64,000 nt of DNA from Dimorphilus gyrociliatus (Eukaryota > Animalia > Annelida). The stretch spans positions 1,651,601 to 1,715,600 of the forward strand of contig CAJFCJ010000006.1 of NCBI GenBank assembly GCA_904063045.1, written 5' to 3'. The position numbers were made by a program, and so were the translations under genes. The first letter of the stretch is position 1; each line of letters opens with the position of its first letter. The notes below the pieces were generated by a model that was given only the letters and a program-made list of their open reading frames with translations, had not been told where the DNA came from and searched no databases. Shown here piece by piece: positions 1 through 13,182 of the stretch.

Positions 1-15
1 TTTGTGTAAAAATAG

Positions 16-498
16 GTAATCTCACCACCTTCAGAAGATCAGTTAAAAGATTCTGAAGTTTGTTGCGTGAAGATAGAATCACCCACACCACCTTCTAATT
101 CACCATCTCCTCAACCTCTGGATAAATTGACAACTGTTTCAAAGCACAAGCCAAATCCCATTGACCTCGGTCCAACAATCTTACAATCAACTTTCTCTCA
201 TACGAACAGCCCTCATATAGTTGTCTCACCAGTTCCTGGAGGAGTAGGGGCACGAGGTACACCAGTTGGAGGTCTTCATTTTTGGAGTCAAATGAGTTCC
301 ATTCTAAGTCCTGCTGCCGGCATTAGTCCGCACTTGAACATTCATAGTGGCGGAAATGGTCTGAACACACCGTCGTTTCAGTTTCCTGCTACATCAGGAA
401 GCTTAGTAACGTCAGCTGCTGCAAGCCTATCTGTAGACGCTTTGAAAACGCCAGTCGTACTCACGTCGCCGAAATCTAGACAAGTACACTCGAATTGA
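16..498 (+). CDS. ELK: Last coding exon of an ETS ternary-complex factor (ELK1/3/4 family); 5' part lies outside the window
   Basis: Acceptor aaaatag at 14-15. The translation contains the D-domain-like KHKPNPIDL, LHFWSQMS (cf. IHFWSSLSP) and the FQFP MAPK docking motif typical of ELK C-termini. Stop at 496-498. Confidence 0.8.
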   Translation, partial: VISPPSEDQLKDSEVCCVKIESPTPPSNSPSPQPLDKLTTVSKHKPNPIDLGPTILQSTFSHTNSPHIVVSPVPGGVGARGTPVGGLHFWSQMSSILSPAAGISPHLNIHSGGNGLNTPSFQFPATSGSLVTSAAASLSVDALKTPVVLTSPKSRQVHSN

Positions 499-1031
499 CC
501 GTACTGTTTTTCTCGTCTATTTTCATTCGTTTGTTTGTACATCTTTTTTTCAATGTACAAAGACTAGAAATGTTTCTTCTAATAGATAAAATATAATCGG
601 ATCAAAATTATATTTGACCCAATTTTTTAATTCTTTGGGACTTTTTTATTGGAATAAAAAACAAATACATGTCATTAAAAATATTTACCTGTTTGTTTCG
701 AGCTAATATTTTTCATGGCTATCGAACTGGTTTTCGGCCAACCTTCAAAATGTATAGTGACATCTGGTGGGAAATTACGCAACACAATAGATAGAGTGTA
801 TTTTCGAGGAGAAATACCTGCGCAGCATTCTAATTAATTCTATTTATATTATTAATGTTTACTAGGAAAAGTCTGTTTGCATGATGATAATTTTATTTAC
901 ATTTATCTAGTAAAAACAAGGCGAAAAATATTTACATATTGTACATTTTTCGCAGCAGTTTGTCGCAAGAATTAAACGAACAGCACCAATACGAACAATT
1001 CATGAGCAAGAGAAGTGAATTTCGTCACCAT

Positions 1032-3228
1032 TTAATCATCGCAATCCAACGAATCGGGATATAAATGCTTGCAGGCTAAGTATACGACTGCCTCATAGGT
1101 AGCCATCATTATGGCCGTGTTAGGTATTTGACGAATTAATTGCGTAGTAAGTCCTCTATATAATCCTTTTGGCCCTTCTTCTCTACCCACTAAGGCTAAC
1201 GTTTGCCAAAAACTTCTATATCTATTACCCTCTTGTCGGAGTCGAGTACGAGCAACTTCGTGAGGATAGGCTAAACAAGTAGCTATAGTTTTGGATACTG
1301 CGCCGGCAGCCATGAATTCCATGAAATCCATTGTTGATCTATCTTCCTCATGAATAGATTGTCCTTTTATTTCACGTAATCTCGCTTTAATGGCTTCATA
1401 TATGACGAAATGAATAACAGTTTCACTGATTCCGTAATAAGAAGCAGTCATTCCCTTATAAAAACCTTGAATACCAGTCGTTCTCATTACATTTAATACA
1501 CACTGACGAACAGTAAGCTTCCCGTTACCTTTCCTGTAAATACAAAGTGCACATGTAAACATCTACGTTGTAAAGTAGAGCAGACAATTGGTGTCAATAT
1601 AATTGATTTTTGTTCGCCTTGACAGGATTCGTCTTAGTAAAAAGAAGTTACATAAACGAGTTTTTAAAAGCTAATTATAATTTAGCACCGTCGTTGCTTC
1701 TGGATTAATATTTATAATAAAATATCAATACCAGTTTAATGGTGCATGCGTAATTTTACTTTCTTTCAGACATAACAAGAATAAAAATTCGATTAGTTAG
1801 GCCTAGTCTCATCAATGTCGGCCACGTTTTCATCACGTGATATCTAAAACAGACATCTTCTAAGTATGGTATACAAAAAATGATTTTCATAGATAGAACA
1901 GCTTCTTACTAATCATTATCAACTGAAAAGTCCAAAAAAATATAACAAAAACTGGCCTACGTGCAGATTTGAATGTATTTCTATTTTTAAAATGTAGGTG
2001 CAGCTCAAAATATTTTAACAAATATTATCTCCCAAGTAGTAACCAGTATAAACTGGAATAATTCCCAATGAAGCAGTTTCTTAGGGAAACTTAACAATGA
2101 CCTTAACCGAAGATAAATCGATGTTGTTTACTGTTTACTTTTAAGCGTTTAACAGACCCTCGGCCGCCTTTTTTAAAAGCGAGGCACGAGAACTAACAAA
2201 TGTTGTATAATCGATTAAATATATGCCTACTTACTTCTGATCTAATTGTAATCGTGTTTTAATGAACCATATAGGATTAGTGGCAGTCGAGGCTGTAAAA
2301 CCTGAAATCATAGAAGGACAGACGTTAGATAACGTTCACGATAAACAACTTGGTAATCTTAATAGAATCGTTCGTTATGATAATAAGTTTAAGTACGGTT
2401 AAAATGATGATCTTACCTGCGCAAGCTGCCGATAGGATATGCACAATTGGGGTTTCGGGATCAAAGATGTCGTTTAAGAAGGCTTTGCTTTGAGCATAAG
2501 CACAAAAATATATGGCTCTCGATGGGGCAACGCCAACCAAGTTAGGTCCTAATCCTTTAAATAGTCCGCGTCCACCCTCGTGTTGTATTATATACCTAAT
2601 AATCAAAATATTATATGTTGAAATGATCCTGCTACCAACGAACTTACTTTATGCAAGTTGTCAATCCGATGGAACTTCGCGTTGTAGGGGAGTTGTGAAG
2701 GGTCTCTACGCCGGCCTGTACCACATTCAATCTGCTGTGAGTTGAAGAAGTAATTGCCGTGCTGAATCGAGCACTTGCAAAATGATGCGCTGGGTAAAAG
2801 GTCACCTGACTAACATATCCGTTTGCTGAAGGTTTAAAGGAAGCGACGCTGGACTGCAAACGTGTCTTCACCACTTCTAGAGGACATGTTAATACTGCTC
2901 CAGCTGTACCGCCAGCACTGTGTGGTAAAATTTCATGTAAGTGACACTAAATCATACATTCTTAATGTATTATGAAATAGCTGTATGTTCAACCAGTGAA
3001 GGTCATGGAACTAAATTTTAAAATAATGTTATACCTCCATAGAGGTAATTATTTAAGAATTACGTGTATTTCAGCGAAAATTTATCATTAATCATAAATC
3101 GACATTAGGTAATATAATTATTAAATATAAAATATAATTCAGACTAATATATCTGTAGAATGTTCTGGATAACTTAAAGTTACTCACCCGCCAGCGAGCA
3201 AATGTACAATTGTTCTTTCTTGAGCCAT
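1032..3228 (-). CDS. SLC25A36: Mitochondrial pyrimidine nucleotide carrier SLC25A33/36 (Rim2-like); exons 3228-3188, 2917-2648, 2595-2417, 2301-2235, 1533-1032
   Basis: Three carrier signatures ([30 protein letters not shown]), [17 protein letters not shown] and [13 protein letters not shown]. All junctions are GT-AG and in frame. Confidence 0.93.
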
Positions 3229-3755
3229 TAGGCGATGTATTTTGCACCATCTAAGTTGGTGTATAATACTCGAATAACAACGAAATTAATGAAGGAATAT
3301 GCGCCAAAGCACCCGGTAAGGAAAAAAACAAAAATATGGCGGCTTACTTATTTCATATAAAAGGCTTTTTGATTCGCAGTCACAAAAATGAATATTTATG
3401 ACGTTGATAGCTGCCCTTCTATTGGTTTATAGTTTTCGGTGTATTCCTCTTACTTGTTTCACGTGGGTGATAGGCATATTCATTCGTAGTATCACGTGCA
3501 AAGATAACGGTGATTGGTCAATTAAGATACTGTGAATGAAGGAACATTTGGGAAAAGTATGAAACAATTGTTTATTATTTTATGTAAATATGTAGTTTAA
3601 ATGATTAACCAAAGCACTTCACGTGCTTCGTACGAAAACGCGGATAGGACGCCATTTTGATATTATCGAGAACAAGAATAGCCGGGTTGTGTTCGAGGTC
3701 ATATTTCTAATAATATCATTCTCTATCCATATATTTTAATCAAATTATTCAACAG
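3229..3755. promoter_or_regulatory. Divergent promoter of SLC25A36 and SAP18
   Basis: Head-to-head start codons 527 bp apart. TCACGTG E-boxes at 3460, 3493 and 3620, ATTGG boxes, and YY1-like ATGGCGGC (~3335) and CGCCATTTT (3650). Confidence 0.7.
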
Positions 3756-4707
3756 ATGACTGCTCCGCAATCAGTAGTTAAGGATGACGTTCAGCGCGAA
3801 ATTCCTAAGCCGATAGATCGTGAAAAGATATGCCCACTGCTTCTGCGTGTATTTTGCTCTACAAGTTTGTATTACATAATATAAATGTGATATTTTATAA
3901 TTTTTACATACTAAGCAATATAATTTCTTATCCTCATTATGAGTAATATTATAAGCAATAAGCTTCAGTTATTCAGCATGAAAACATTCATAAAGTTTTC
4001 GAATAGTTTTCTAACAGAAAAACAAAGATATTTTTAATTTGTTTAACAGAAGCACTTTTCAAAATATAACCCGATTAATAGACATATGGAAAAACAACAT
4101 TTATTTAATAGACTAGAAATACTAGATAGGTTGCTTAAAAGCAAAACAAACTTAACAAAGTTTAACATCAAAAGAATATATAATCAGTAAATTGACCTTT
4201 GCCATAGATAGGCTGTTTGTCATTCGTAACATGCATTTTACATGTGATACATACTTAGACAAAATCAGATTAAAAACTGTACTTTAACTTTGTTTTTTTC
4301 CGTAGGACAATTTAATGTGTACTTCCATAAAATAATAGTGAAACTTTTTGCATGTAGGTCGTCACAATCCCCTCAGCGAATATGACAGAGGAAGAACTCC
4401 GAGTAATGAACTTCAAATTTATACTTGGATGGATGCTACATTAAAAGAGCTAACAGCCTTAGTAAAGGAAGTGAATATCGACGCTAAAAGAAAGGGGACA
4501 TTTTTCGATTTTGCGATCGTTTTTCCAGACACAAGATCACCAGTTTATCGTATGAGAGAAATAGGAACTACTTGTGCGGGTAAACGAGGTGCCGATGATG
4601 AGCTCACATTGGCAGGGAAAAGATTTCAAATTGGTGATTATATCGATATCGCTATTACTCCACCAAGAGGAGATCGTCGAGACATGGGACGGGATAGAAG
4701 ATATTGA
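3756..4707 (+). CDS. SAP18: Histone deacetylase complex / ASAP subunit SAP18; exons 3756-3864, 4358-4707
   Basis: IDREKICPLLLRVF, ELQIYTWMDATLKELTALVKEV and FQIGDYIDIAITPP, with the typical RD-rich tail. The phase-1 intron is GT-AG. Confidence 0.96.
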
Positions 4708-4798
4708 ATCATATGACATAAAAATCTGTTTCTTTTGATACTGAGTCTAAATATATATAATATATATATGTCTTATTTGTGTACATCATATTTGTTGG

Positions 4799-4814
4799 TA
4801 GCGCCATCTAGTTG
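4799..4814 (-). promoter_or_regulatory. CTCF-like motif at the SAP18/PXYLP1 boundary (representative of about 11 copies in the window)
   Basis: TAGCGCCATCTAGTTG resembles the reverse CTCF core GCGCCMYCTAGTGG. Confidence 0.6.
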
Positions 4815-5705
4815 TTTCATTGAGAGGGCTCTGTTATCTCAATGCAGTCAGATTACCCATAGTTGTCGGCAAGTAAGCACTAAATCCAGGGATATGAAAA
4901 TTTTACTGTGATTATGTCGAAAAAATACAGGAAATTAGCTGGTACTGTAATAGTCGTATGGCTCTTGTCAGTTTTATGTAAGTTATAAAGGTTTTTATCT
5001 TAATGGATAAAATAAAAATTTGAAATTATGAATTTAAAAAAGCCTATTCATTATCAATATCAGTAAAAGGGCACTTTATGTAAAATTGTATTAAAACTAT
5101 GAACAGAAGCAGAGAAAAGATATCTACTAAATATTTTATGTTTAATGAAAGGTGTATTGTGTCTAGGCTCCTGTCAGCTAATTTTAATCATGTACATTTA
5201 TATTTGAGTTATGTTAACTGAACTGGTTAGGAGTAAATAAAGTCGCCTCTGAATAGTATTCAAAATTTATACTAAAAAGTATATAACGAAGAAGCAGGTA
5301 GATATAGATATACATGATATATACTTGTATATATCGAACATCTATCTATACTATATTCTTTTGATATCAATCTATCCTATTCTAAATTTTCCTTAGTGTT
5401 CTCCCTCTTTTATTATTGTTACATACTAACATTTGTAAAGCTCTACTATTATAGACATTTCTTAATATTTAAAATATCTTTGTCACAATATACTTTGTAC
5501 TGTTATTATTTATTATTTTTTTCTGTCATGATGCTTTGCAATACCTTTTTAAAGGGGGATTCTACATTCTTTTTCCATATGCTATATAGCAAGATCATTG
5601 GAGTGAAGTATTTTCGTTTTTCCTTTATTCTGCTATTTGAAAATGCGCTTATATAAATGAAAGAAATCTCTTAAGATGATATAGAAAAAGAATTTTTTTT
5701 GCTAA

Positions 5706-5729
5706 TCTCTCTCTCTCTCTCTCTCTCTC
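5706..5729. repeat. (CT)n microsatellite
   Basis: Direct read. Similar CT/GA tracts occur at ~6705-6728, ~20952-20978, ~33162-33188 and ~51496-51542. Confidence 0.9.
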
Positions 5730-5973
5730 CCTCTGTCTCGCTTTCTTTCTTTTCTTAATGTTAAAACGTTTCATCTTATTTAAATGATTTCTAGGTATAG
5801 GAGTAAAATGACTATATTAGAAATTAGGTGAGAAAGTTTTAAATATACCGAAACAGAATTATTAATTATAGAGAAATAGAAATATTTTCGGAAATCCAAG
5901 AAACAGAAAGTCAAATTACTGTACAAACTTCTCGTAGTGCCCAATTAAAGATGAGAAGTATTTTGAAAGAGTT

Positions 5974-5976
<3 letters not shown>

Positions 5977-6036
<60 letters not shown>
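5977..6036. repeat. (GA)30 microsatellite
   Basis: Perfect GA dinucleotide run, read directly. Confidence 0.97.
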
Positions 6037-6040
<4 letters not shown>

Positions 6041-8504
6041 GAAGAAAAGAGGAAAATAGCTTAAACTCTATACTGATGATTTGCTTATCTCTTGCTATGA
6101 ACTGATCCTTTCTATATTATCAAATAAATCCTGATTTTATCTTTTACATAGAATTGACTTTCAGAGTTAAATATGAAATCTGCAAAATTCTCTATGACCT
6201 TGATAAAATACTAACTACTAATATCTAATTACAGCAAAAAAAGTGCGTATCCAGCAACAATTTCTCAATACAGAAATACAATTATGTTGTTTATACACTG
6301 TAATACAGTCTGTATATACTGTATACTGTATACTGAATGCAGGAGATGTTTTAAAATAATTTGCTGTATACGCAAGAAAATATATTAATGCTAAAAATAG
6401 CTGCAGTGTTTACTAAACATGTTCAATAATTGTTAAATCCGAATTATGAATAAGATATCGTAGGTTTATTATACATTAAGGTGAATGAAAGCTGTAGAAT
6501 ATAAAAAATGCTTGTATCGTTACACAAAGTAAGCGAGCTTATTTTAAGGTTAAGGCAAATGTAAGACTTTATGACAGGTAATAAAGTGTAGTTTAATTCA
6601 TGGGAATATTGACTCAGTTGTGTTATTGATGGGAGGTGCTAATTGCTCTTTTGTTAATTATTTAATTTGTAAGTAATCGAAATATTTCACCGAGAATTCT
6701 GCGTTGAGAGAGAGAGAGAGAGAGAGAGGGAGGGGAGGGGAAGGGGGGAGGAGAGAGAGAAAATTAAGAACGAAGAACAAAAAAAAGAAAAAGCTCACTT
6801 TTTTACCGAATACCTAGGTAGTTTTCTAACTTTCTAGCTTTCTATCTAACTAATCTCGTTTACCAATCAACGTCCAGTTTGACTTTTATCAAGTGCAGAT
6901 GTTGAGAAAGAAAGAGAGAAGGAAGAAAATCGGATGCGTGTAAGCCTACAGATTGCGGATAGACGCCTGTGGAAAAGGTCGGCAAGATAATATTGGCAAT
7001 ATCTCTGGCACTACTAAATTGATAAAAAGCCATGGTATTTAGAGTAGGAAACGCATTTTCTCTTATTTCCGAAGTACTATACACTTTTGCAAGTTTTTTG
7101 TATGGCTTGTTTCATTCTCTCAATATGTTTAATGCTTATTGTTGTCTGTCACGTGCTAAGTGAATTGGTCGTCTCTTCACATACTATTTATACGCTTTCG
7201 ATGCTGTCTCGTATACTGGAAGCTTATACTCTCTTCAGTTAGAGCTTTTTTTTATCTTAACAATATGTAATATTGGTAAAGATGACTGAAATGAAAGGCA
7301 AACTATAAGGTTTCCTGTATGGTGCTAGACGCAATTGATACTATTGAAGTTTGTTCTTTTCACACATTTAAGACTTAAATAAGACGTTGTTGATAAATGA
7401 GGAGAAACGGGAATTTTACATGTCTGGCTGTCTTAAAGGCCTATTACGTTCCAACTGTAAAATCGTTCAATTTTCTTTCATGCGTGTCATTAGGCAGCAA
7501 TCTCGGCGATAAATTGCTTTTGTTATTGGATTTTCCCCTCACGGTGTGATTTATAATAAAGTGTAGGACGATAGAGGCAAGATGAAAAATCATAAAGGAT
7601 AATAAATGTTGAATAAATTATGTAAATTAAGGTAGAAGAATTAATTTTGTTTTCTTACACATATATTTTACTTACACTATCTAGTTTATTTCATAAATTA
7701 GGTTAGGAGTTTTCTCTCAGGGAAAGAAACTCCATTGATGGAATGAGCGAGAGATAAATTAAGAAGAGCGTAGACTGTATATTAAATATAAACAAATATT
7801 AATATTAATGTATCTATAGCATTGACTGTAACTAATGGGCAAAACCAGGCATTATTATAAACTAAGACATTTTCATCTTGGGTTTATTCCAATAAGTCTT
7901 ACGCACTCTTGATATTTCCGTTAGTTCATTAATATTCATATATCATTCCTGTTGTTGTTAGAAAGTCAACGAGAAAAAGTAGAGTCAGCAATCCTTTAAG
8001 GCGTCCATAGCCAAATCGAAATCCCATCGGTACCGCTTGTTTTTAGAGAGATAATGAATGATTTATAACAAGCTGTTATGCAAATAAGAGTTAAATGTCA
8101 CTGCGGGTATTACCCAAAGTTCTTGGTGTACTCATTTTATTTTTTAAAATCCTCCTACGCTATTTATTATTCCTACTACTTCATTATAGATTCACTTTTG
8201 CATCGTCTAATTATTCTAATATTTCAAAAACTAACAAAGCTAAAGAAAGATAATGAGAGAAAGTAGGAAAAGTAGAAAAATGATGGCACTAGACCGTAAA
8301 TTCGATATTTTAAATCCGTAAAAGGATCAGAGAAAAAGAAACACCTGTTACAAGCCTCTTGGCTAGAATACTCCTTAAGCCCTTCTCTTGACAGATAAGA
8401 AACTGAGAGCGTCAATTTTTTTCTTTAATAAAAAATATGAGATTTTCTGCTGTTGTTAATTTTTTATCTCGTGTTAATTCTCTATTTTTATTCTCTTACA
8501 ACAG

Positions 8505-9744
8505 ACTTTTTAGTTAGAGAAGGAGGAATCACAGTTAAGGATGACGCCACCTCTGGAACCTCATCAAAAATAGGTTAATTAATATTTCAATTTCTAACTT
8601 GATTGCCGTATTGAGGGACTCACGCGATTTTACAGATCGTCACAGAATAGACAGCTATTGCAATTCACCGCAAGAGTTTATTGCGCAAGAAGGAATCACC
8701 CCTGGGCGTCTACTCCAAGTAAACGTTATTCTTCGCCATGGGATTCGTAATGTCTTTTCCAAATCTAAAAAACTTCCGTTTCCTTCCATCCCATGCACAC
8801 TCGACAACACAACACAGATGGTGAAAAAACTAACGTCAATGTATAGGAAATTAGACGCCGGAAGTTTACTGCGTAAATTTGGTATTATGCCCAACAAAGA
8901 ACTCTGTGCAATCACGCAATTGACGCCAGCGGGATTTTTACAAACGATACGAATCGGAAAGCTTCTTCGTTCAAAATATTCATCTTTTTTATCAAATATT
9001 CGCAAACAAGACATTTACGTAAGAACAACGGAGAGGTCACGGACAGTCCAGAGTGCTGTGGGCTTCTTATATGGCTTATTAGACGAGGTAGAATTACCTC
9101 CATTCAAAGTCAGTGCTTCTACGAATTTTTGCAGCACGAAATGGACACTGATAGATAAATGCTTCTGCAAGAAAAGGAAAGTTTTACAAAAAGCATCGAA
9201 ATTAAACGAAACACTTCGCAACATTCCGGAAATAGTCGATAACTTAATGGCTCACAAATGCAACGACGTCAATTTCGATCATCCAGTTAGTGAGCGTTTA
9301 GCTGACGAGTATTGGACGCTACTAGACGACACGGGCGCAGCGCAATTGAAGAATGAAGAATTTTTTAAACTACACAAACTCCTGGCTCATCCTTTTCTCT
9401 GCGAATTGTCCCTTAGGATGTTCAACGCTACAAAAGACTCTAAATTAACGCCTAAAATCGCCCTTTATTCTGGTCACGACCTAACTATAAAATCTGTATT
9501 GACTGCCTTAGGGCTTTTCGACGGACGTTGGCCGTCCTTTGCCGCCCGTGTCGTTTTTGAATTGTACGAAACTCCAGAAGGACGCCATCAAGTAAGAATT
9601 TTATACAATGGGATTGACATTAGCGATAAGGCGTTTTTCTGTCGACCAAACTGCTCACTGAATAATTTTGTCAAGTTTTGCAAAATTGATAATCTTAAAC
9701 AGTTCAGAAGTGCCAAATCTTATAGAGACGCTTGTGATTCTTAG
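8505..9744 (+). CDS. PXYLP1: 2-phosphoxylose phosphatase 1 (ACPL2), histidine acid phosphatase; exons 8505-8573 and 8636-9744, with a probable transmembrane exon upstream at 7075-7159
   Basis: RHGxR (LRHGIRN), SRTVQSA, LYSGHD, RWPSFAARVVFEL, VRILYNG and YRDAC match PXYLP1. The upstream hydrophobic exon (..MACFILSICLMLIVVCHVL) is phase-compatible, but the start codon is uncertain. Confidence 0.88.
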
Positions 9745-9926
9745 GATTCTCATTTTAAGGAATACATCTAAAATTGATAGTAAATAGAGTGCAACCCAAG
9801 TGACATACATTACTGAAATATTGTTTATTTTTGTTTTCCTTTTTGTTACAAATATCTCAATTTTTTGTCCTTTTGATAAAATATACAAAACAAGATAAAA
9901 AGTACAAGGGATCTTTTCTACCACTC

Positions 9927-11180
9927 CTAATCAGCCTCTTCGGGAGCATCGATAACCTCCTCGGCAGTCTGTTAAGTAAGTTTGGCATATTAATTGAATT
10001 TATCTGTAAGTATCTGGGATTAATAGTTAGAGCGTAATTTGATTGTTACCTCGTTGTTCATCTCTTCTAACCTTCTTTGCTCGTAAACCTCTTCTGCCTC
10101 TTGTTTTTCCTCTTCGCTATATTCATCTTTATCGAGCCGCTCAAGGCGTCTAAGCGTCACCAAAACTTCCAATCGATAATCGTCTTCGCTCGCAAGCGGG
10201 GTGCTGCTAAGTACAAGAGCACGAATCATAGGTAACGATTGCATTTTCTTCAACTCTTTAATATCTGCGAGTTTTTCGCATTCCCTAGGGAGGAGAAGTC
10301 ATTGAATTAGTTTTTTATTGGTTTACAGTCTAATTTTGTAATAACGAAAAGAGACAGTTTTCTATCATTCAACTTACCTAAAATTGACGTATTGCAAATT
10401 TTTCATACTTTCGGAGAATCCGTCTAAATTCTCAATTGGATTAAATCTTAAGTGTAACGTTGTCAACTGCTCAAGCGTATGCAAACCCTCCAAACTGGTA
10501 ATTTCGTTATGGGCTAAAAATAAATTCCTCAAAGTAGGTAATTCTAGACCAGCAGTTGAAGTTAATTTATTGCCCCGTAATTCTAGAGTATGCAATCTAC
10601 TTAACCCGGTTGCTACCAAGCCAGATATCTTTTCCAACCTATTATCTTGTAGAATTAGGTGTTCCAAATGAGGATGACTGACGCCCTCTAGCGTTTTAAT
10701 TCTATTCTTTGAGAAGGAAGCTACTTGTAAATAGGGACGCTCCTCTAAAGCTGCTGTTGTCAATTTATTATCATCAGCTTTTAATGTTGACAAATGTGTT
10801 AAATTTGACAGGACGGAAATATCTTTCAACTTGTTGTTGCTTATATCAACATATCTTAAATGTATATATGAAGCCAAAATACTGATATCTGTCAACTCCT
10901 TCTCATGTACGTCCAATTTGACGTAAGCGTGAGAAAGGCCATCACCAGTTTTACACAACAGTGATAATCCATTGGATATCATATCATCTGAAAGAATAAT
11001 TTCAGGATCCGGCTCTTCAACCTCTTCCTCCTCTTTCTCTTCTTCCTCTCCCTTCTCTTCCTCTTCGGCCTCTTCTTCACCCGTTTCTTTATCACCCTCC
11101 TCTATATCTTTTTCTTCATCTCCCGCAGTTTCCTCTGCATTTTCAGTTTCATCAAAGTTTTCCTCTTCTTGATCACTCAT
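9927..11180 (-). CDS. LRRC23: Leucine-rich repeat protein 23 (radial-spoke associated); exons 11180-10379, ~10284-10050, 9968-9927
   Basis: Acidic N-terminus, LSLLCKTGDGLSHAYVKLD, tandem SDS22-like LRRs and the LRR cap YRLEVLVTLRRLERLDKDEY. Confidence 0.93.
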
Positions 11181-11206
11181 ATTTTCAGTTTGAAATGGCT
11201 ACTACG

Positions 11207-11221
11207 GTTACCAATAGCAAT
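11207..11221. promoter_or_regulatory. RFX X-box upstream of LRRC23
   Basis: GTTACC-AAT-AGCAAT is one mismatch from GTNRCC(N0-3)RGYAAC and lies 27 bp upstream of the ATG of a ciliary gene. Confidence 0.65.
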
Positions 11222-11370
11222 GCGAACGTAACGCCATCTACTTGATATTTATTTGTAAAAAAAGATTGAATAAAAACGCGAGACTATACAATAACAAAAA
11301 AATCGAACTTTTTTATATTAAAGTACAACGATTTATTATTAAAACATAAAAAAATAACGTTTTCATCTTT

Positions 11371-12739
11371 TCACATATCCTCCATAACTGGTAACCAAAA
11401 CGACTGAAAAGAAATGTAACAGATAAGTAAATGTTTGTCACTAATGAGAATATTATTTACAAATATATATATACATAGTATATATATAAATACACAAAAA
11501 TTAAATTATTATTACCATATTTGAACATGCTGAGGCTAATAGCATGTATTTAGGATTAAACTGAACTCTATTGACTGGACCTTTATGTTCAGAGTTGAGT
11601 ATAACAACGCGATGACCAGTTAAGGCATTCCAGCAATGGATTTTTCCATCAGCAGAACCTAGATGAGAATTGCAAATATCAATTATAGCTATAATAGTCT
11701 ATTTGCGTATAAATTAATTACATACCGCTTAAAACGAATTTTGAATCTGGTGTAAACGACGCTTCTAAATTTAATCCTTTATTCTGGATTCCATCAAAGG
11801 TTTGTAGGGGACCGCCTTGATAAGCGTCAATTAAACGTATTACTGTTCCATTTGTAGATATGAGAATCGTTTTTCCGTCGGGGCTAAATTTTAAATTAGT
11901 CCAATCGCATTCACATTCTTGAGGTAGTTTAAATGTGGCGAATGGTCCTTTATCGAAAGATCTCAAATCATATAATTTCACGAATTCTGAGTTAATTCCA
12001 GCCGCGAAGATTAAACCTTCAGGGTCAAAAGCTGCAACAGGACGTCCAGGAAGGTGCATTACACCTTGACAATTTGGTGATCTCAAATCCCATAATCTTA
12101 AAGTTTTATCTAGAGACCCTGAGAGGAATGTATCATCTACTGGAGACATGCTCAGTGTTACTACCCTGAAAATGAATGAATTATTTAAATACGCAATAGA
12201 AATGTAACAAAAATAAATAATTGTTTCAGTGCAATAATATAATACATATATGCTTCAAAGACTAATTGCGATAAGAGAAATAATTGTTACTTCTGATTAT
12301 GTCCGTGAAAGTATCTGATGTATTTATTGTCATGAAGGGAAAGGTATCTAATTGTATCTGGAGTAATAAAAAAGCTGTAATTGAAGAGAATAATAAGAAA
12401 AGGAAAATATTTACCATCAACTTTAGTTGATCCGTGAATTGCTGTATTGGCTGCGTGGGTAAATCGGATCATATCTACACCGTACTTTTTGCTATTAAGT
12501 TGTCTTTTTGGTCTGAAACAGAAAGCATTAGACAGAATCATTGATAAGCTATACACTACTTACTGTCCATTCTGACAATCGTAAATAACAATTTGATCAT
12601 CATCACTACTGCTTATTAAACTAGTACCCTGCAGATCGAAATCCATTGAGTTTATTGGAGCCGAGTTCTCCTTAAAAATTTTCGCGACTCGGAAATTTCG
12701 AATCGTCTGTTCATTTAACTTCAGTTCTTTCGGAAACAT
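11371..12739 (-). CDS. WDR82: WD repeat protein 82 (SET1/COMPASS Swd2), multi-exon
   Basis: Starts [25 protein letters not shown], contains [31 protein letters not shown] and [29 protein letters not shown], and ends FWLPVMEDM. Confidence 0.96.
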
Positions 12740-13182
12740 GGCGATGTTCTGCTATCGAAAACAAGGCAGATATGTTGATAATATAGCAGGTGTCGCGGTA
12801 ATATTACTATTTCTACGAGCGCCGACAATGTTGAACCCAACGAAATTATACGAAAATAATCATATGCCAATTTAGCGGGCGGTCAATAGGCTAGTATTTT
12901 TCTACAAAATACTATTAAAATCCAATAGAAGAATTAAAAATATATATTTGAAAGATATTTTTTGCAAATATTCAATTAGAAAATACTTAATTCGAGCTCA
13001 AGATTCTCTTTGATTAAAATACGAAAATTATAATAGTTTCGCAGTTAATTATTTCGAAAGGCAGTACAGATCTCAATGACGATGTGATGCTTGTAAATTT
13101 AGATTTCTATATTCGACATAGGCATACATGTATTTATAACACAAAAATGACACTAAAATTACAAAGCGATTCAGTCATCTAT

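Noticed and set aside
6075-6110. TGATGA...CTGA as a C/D snoRNA
   Set aside because: The boxes are too close together and there is no terminal stem.
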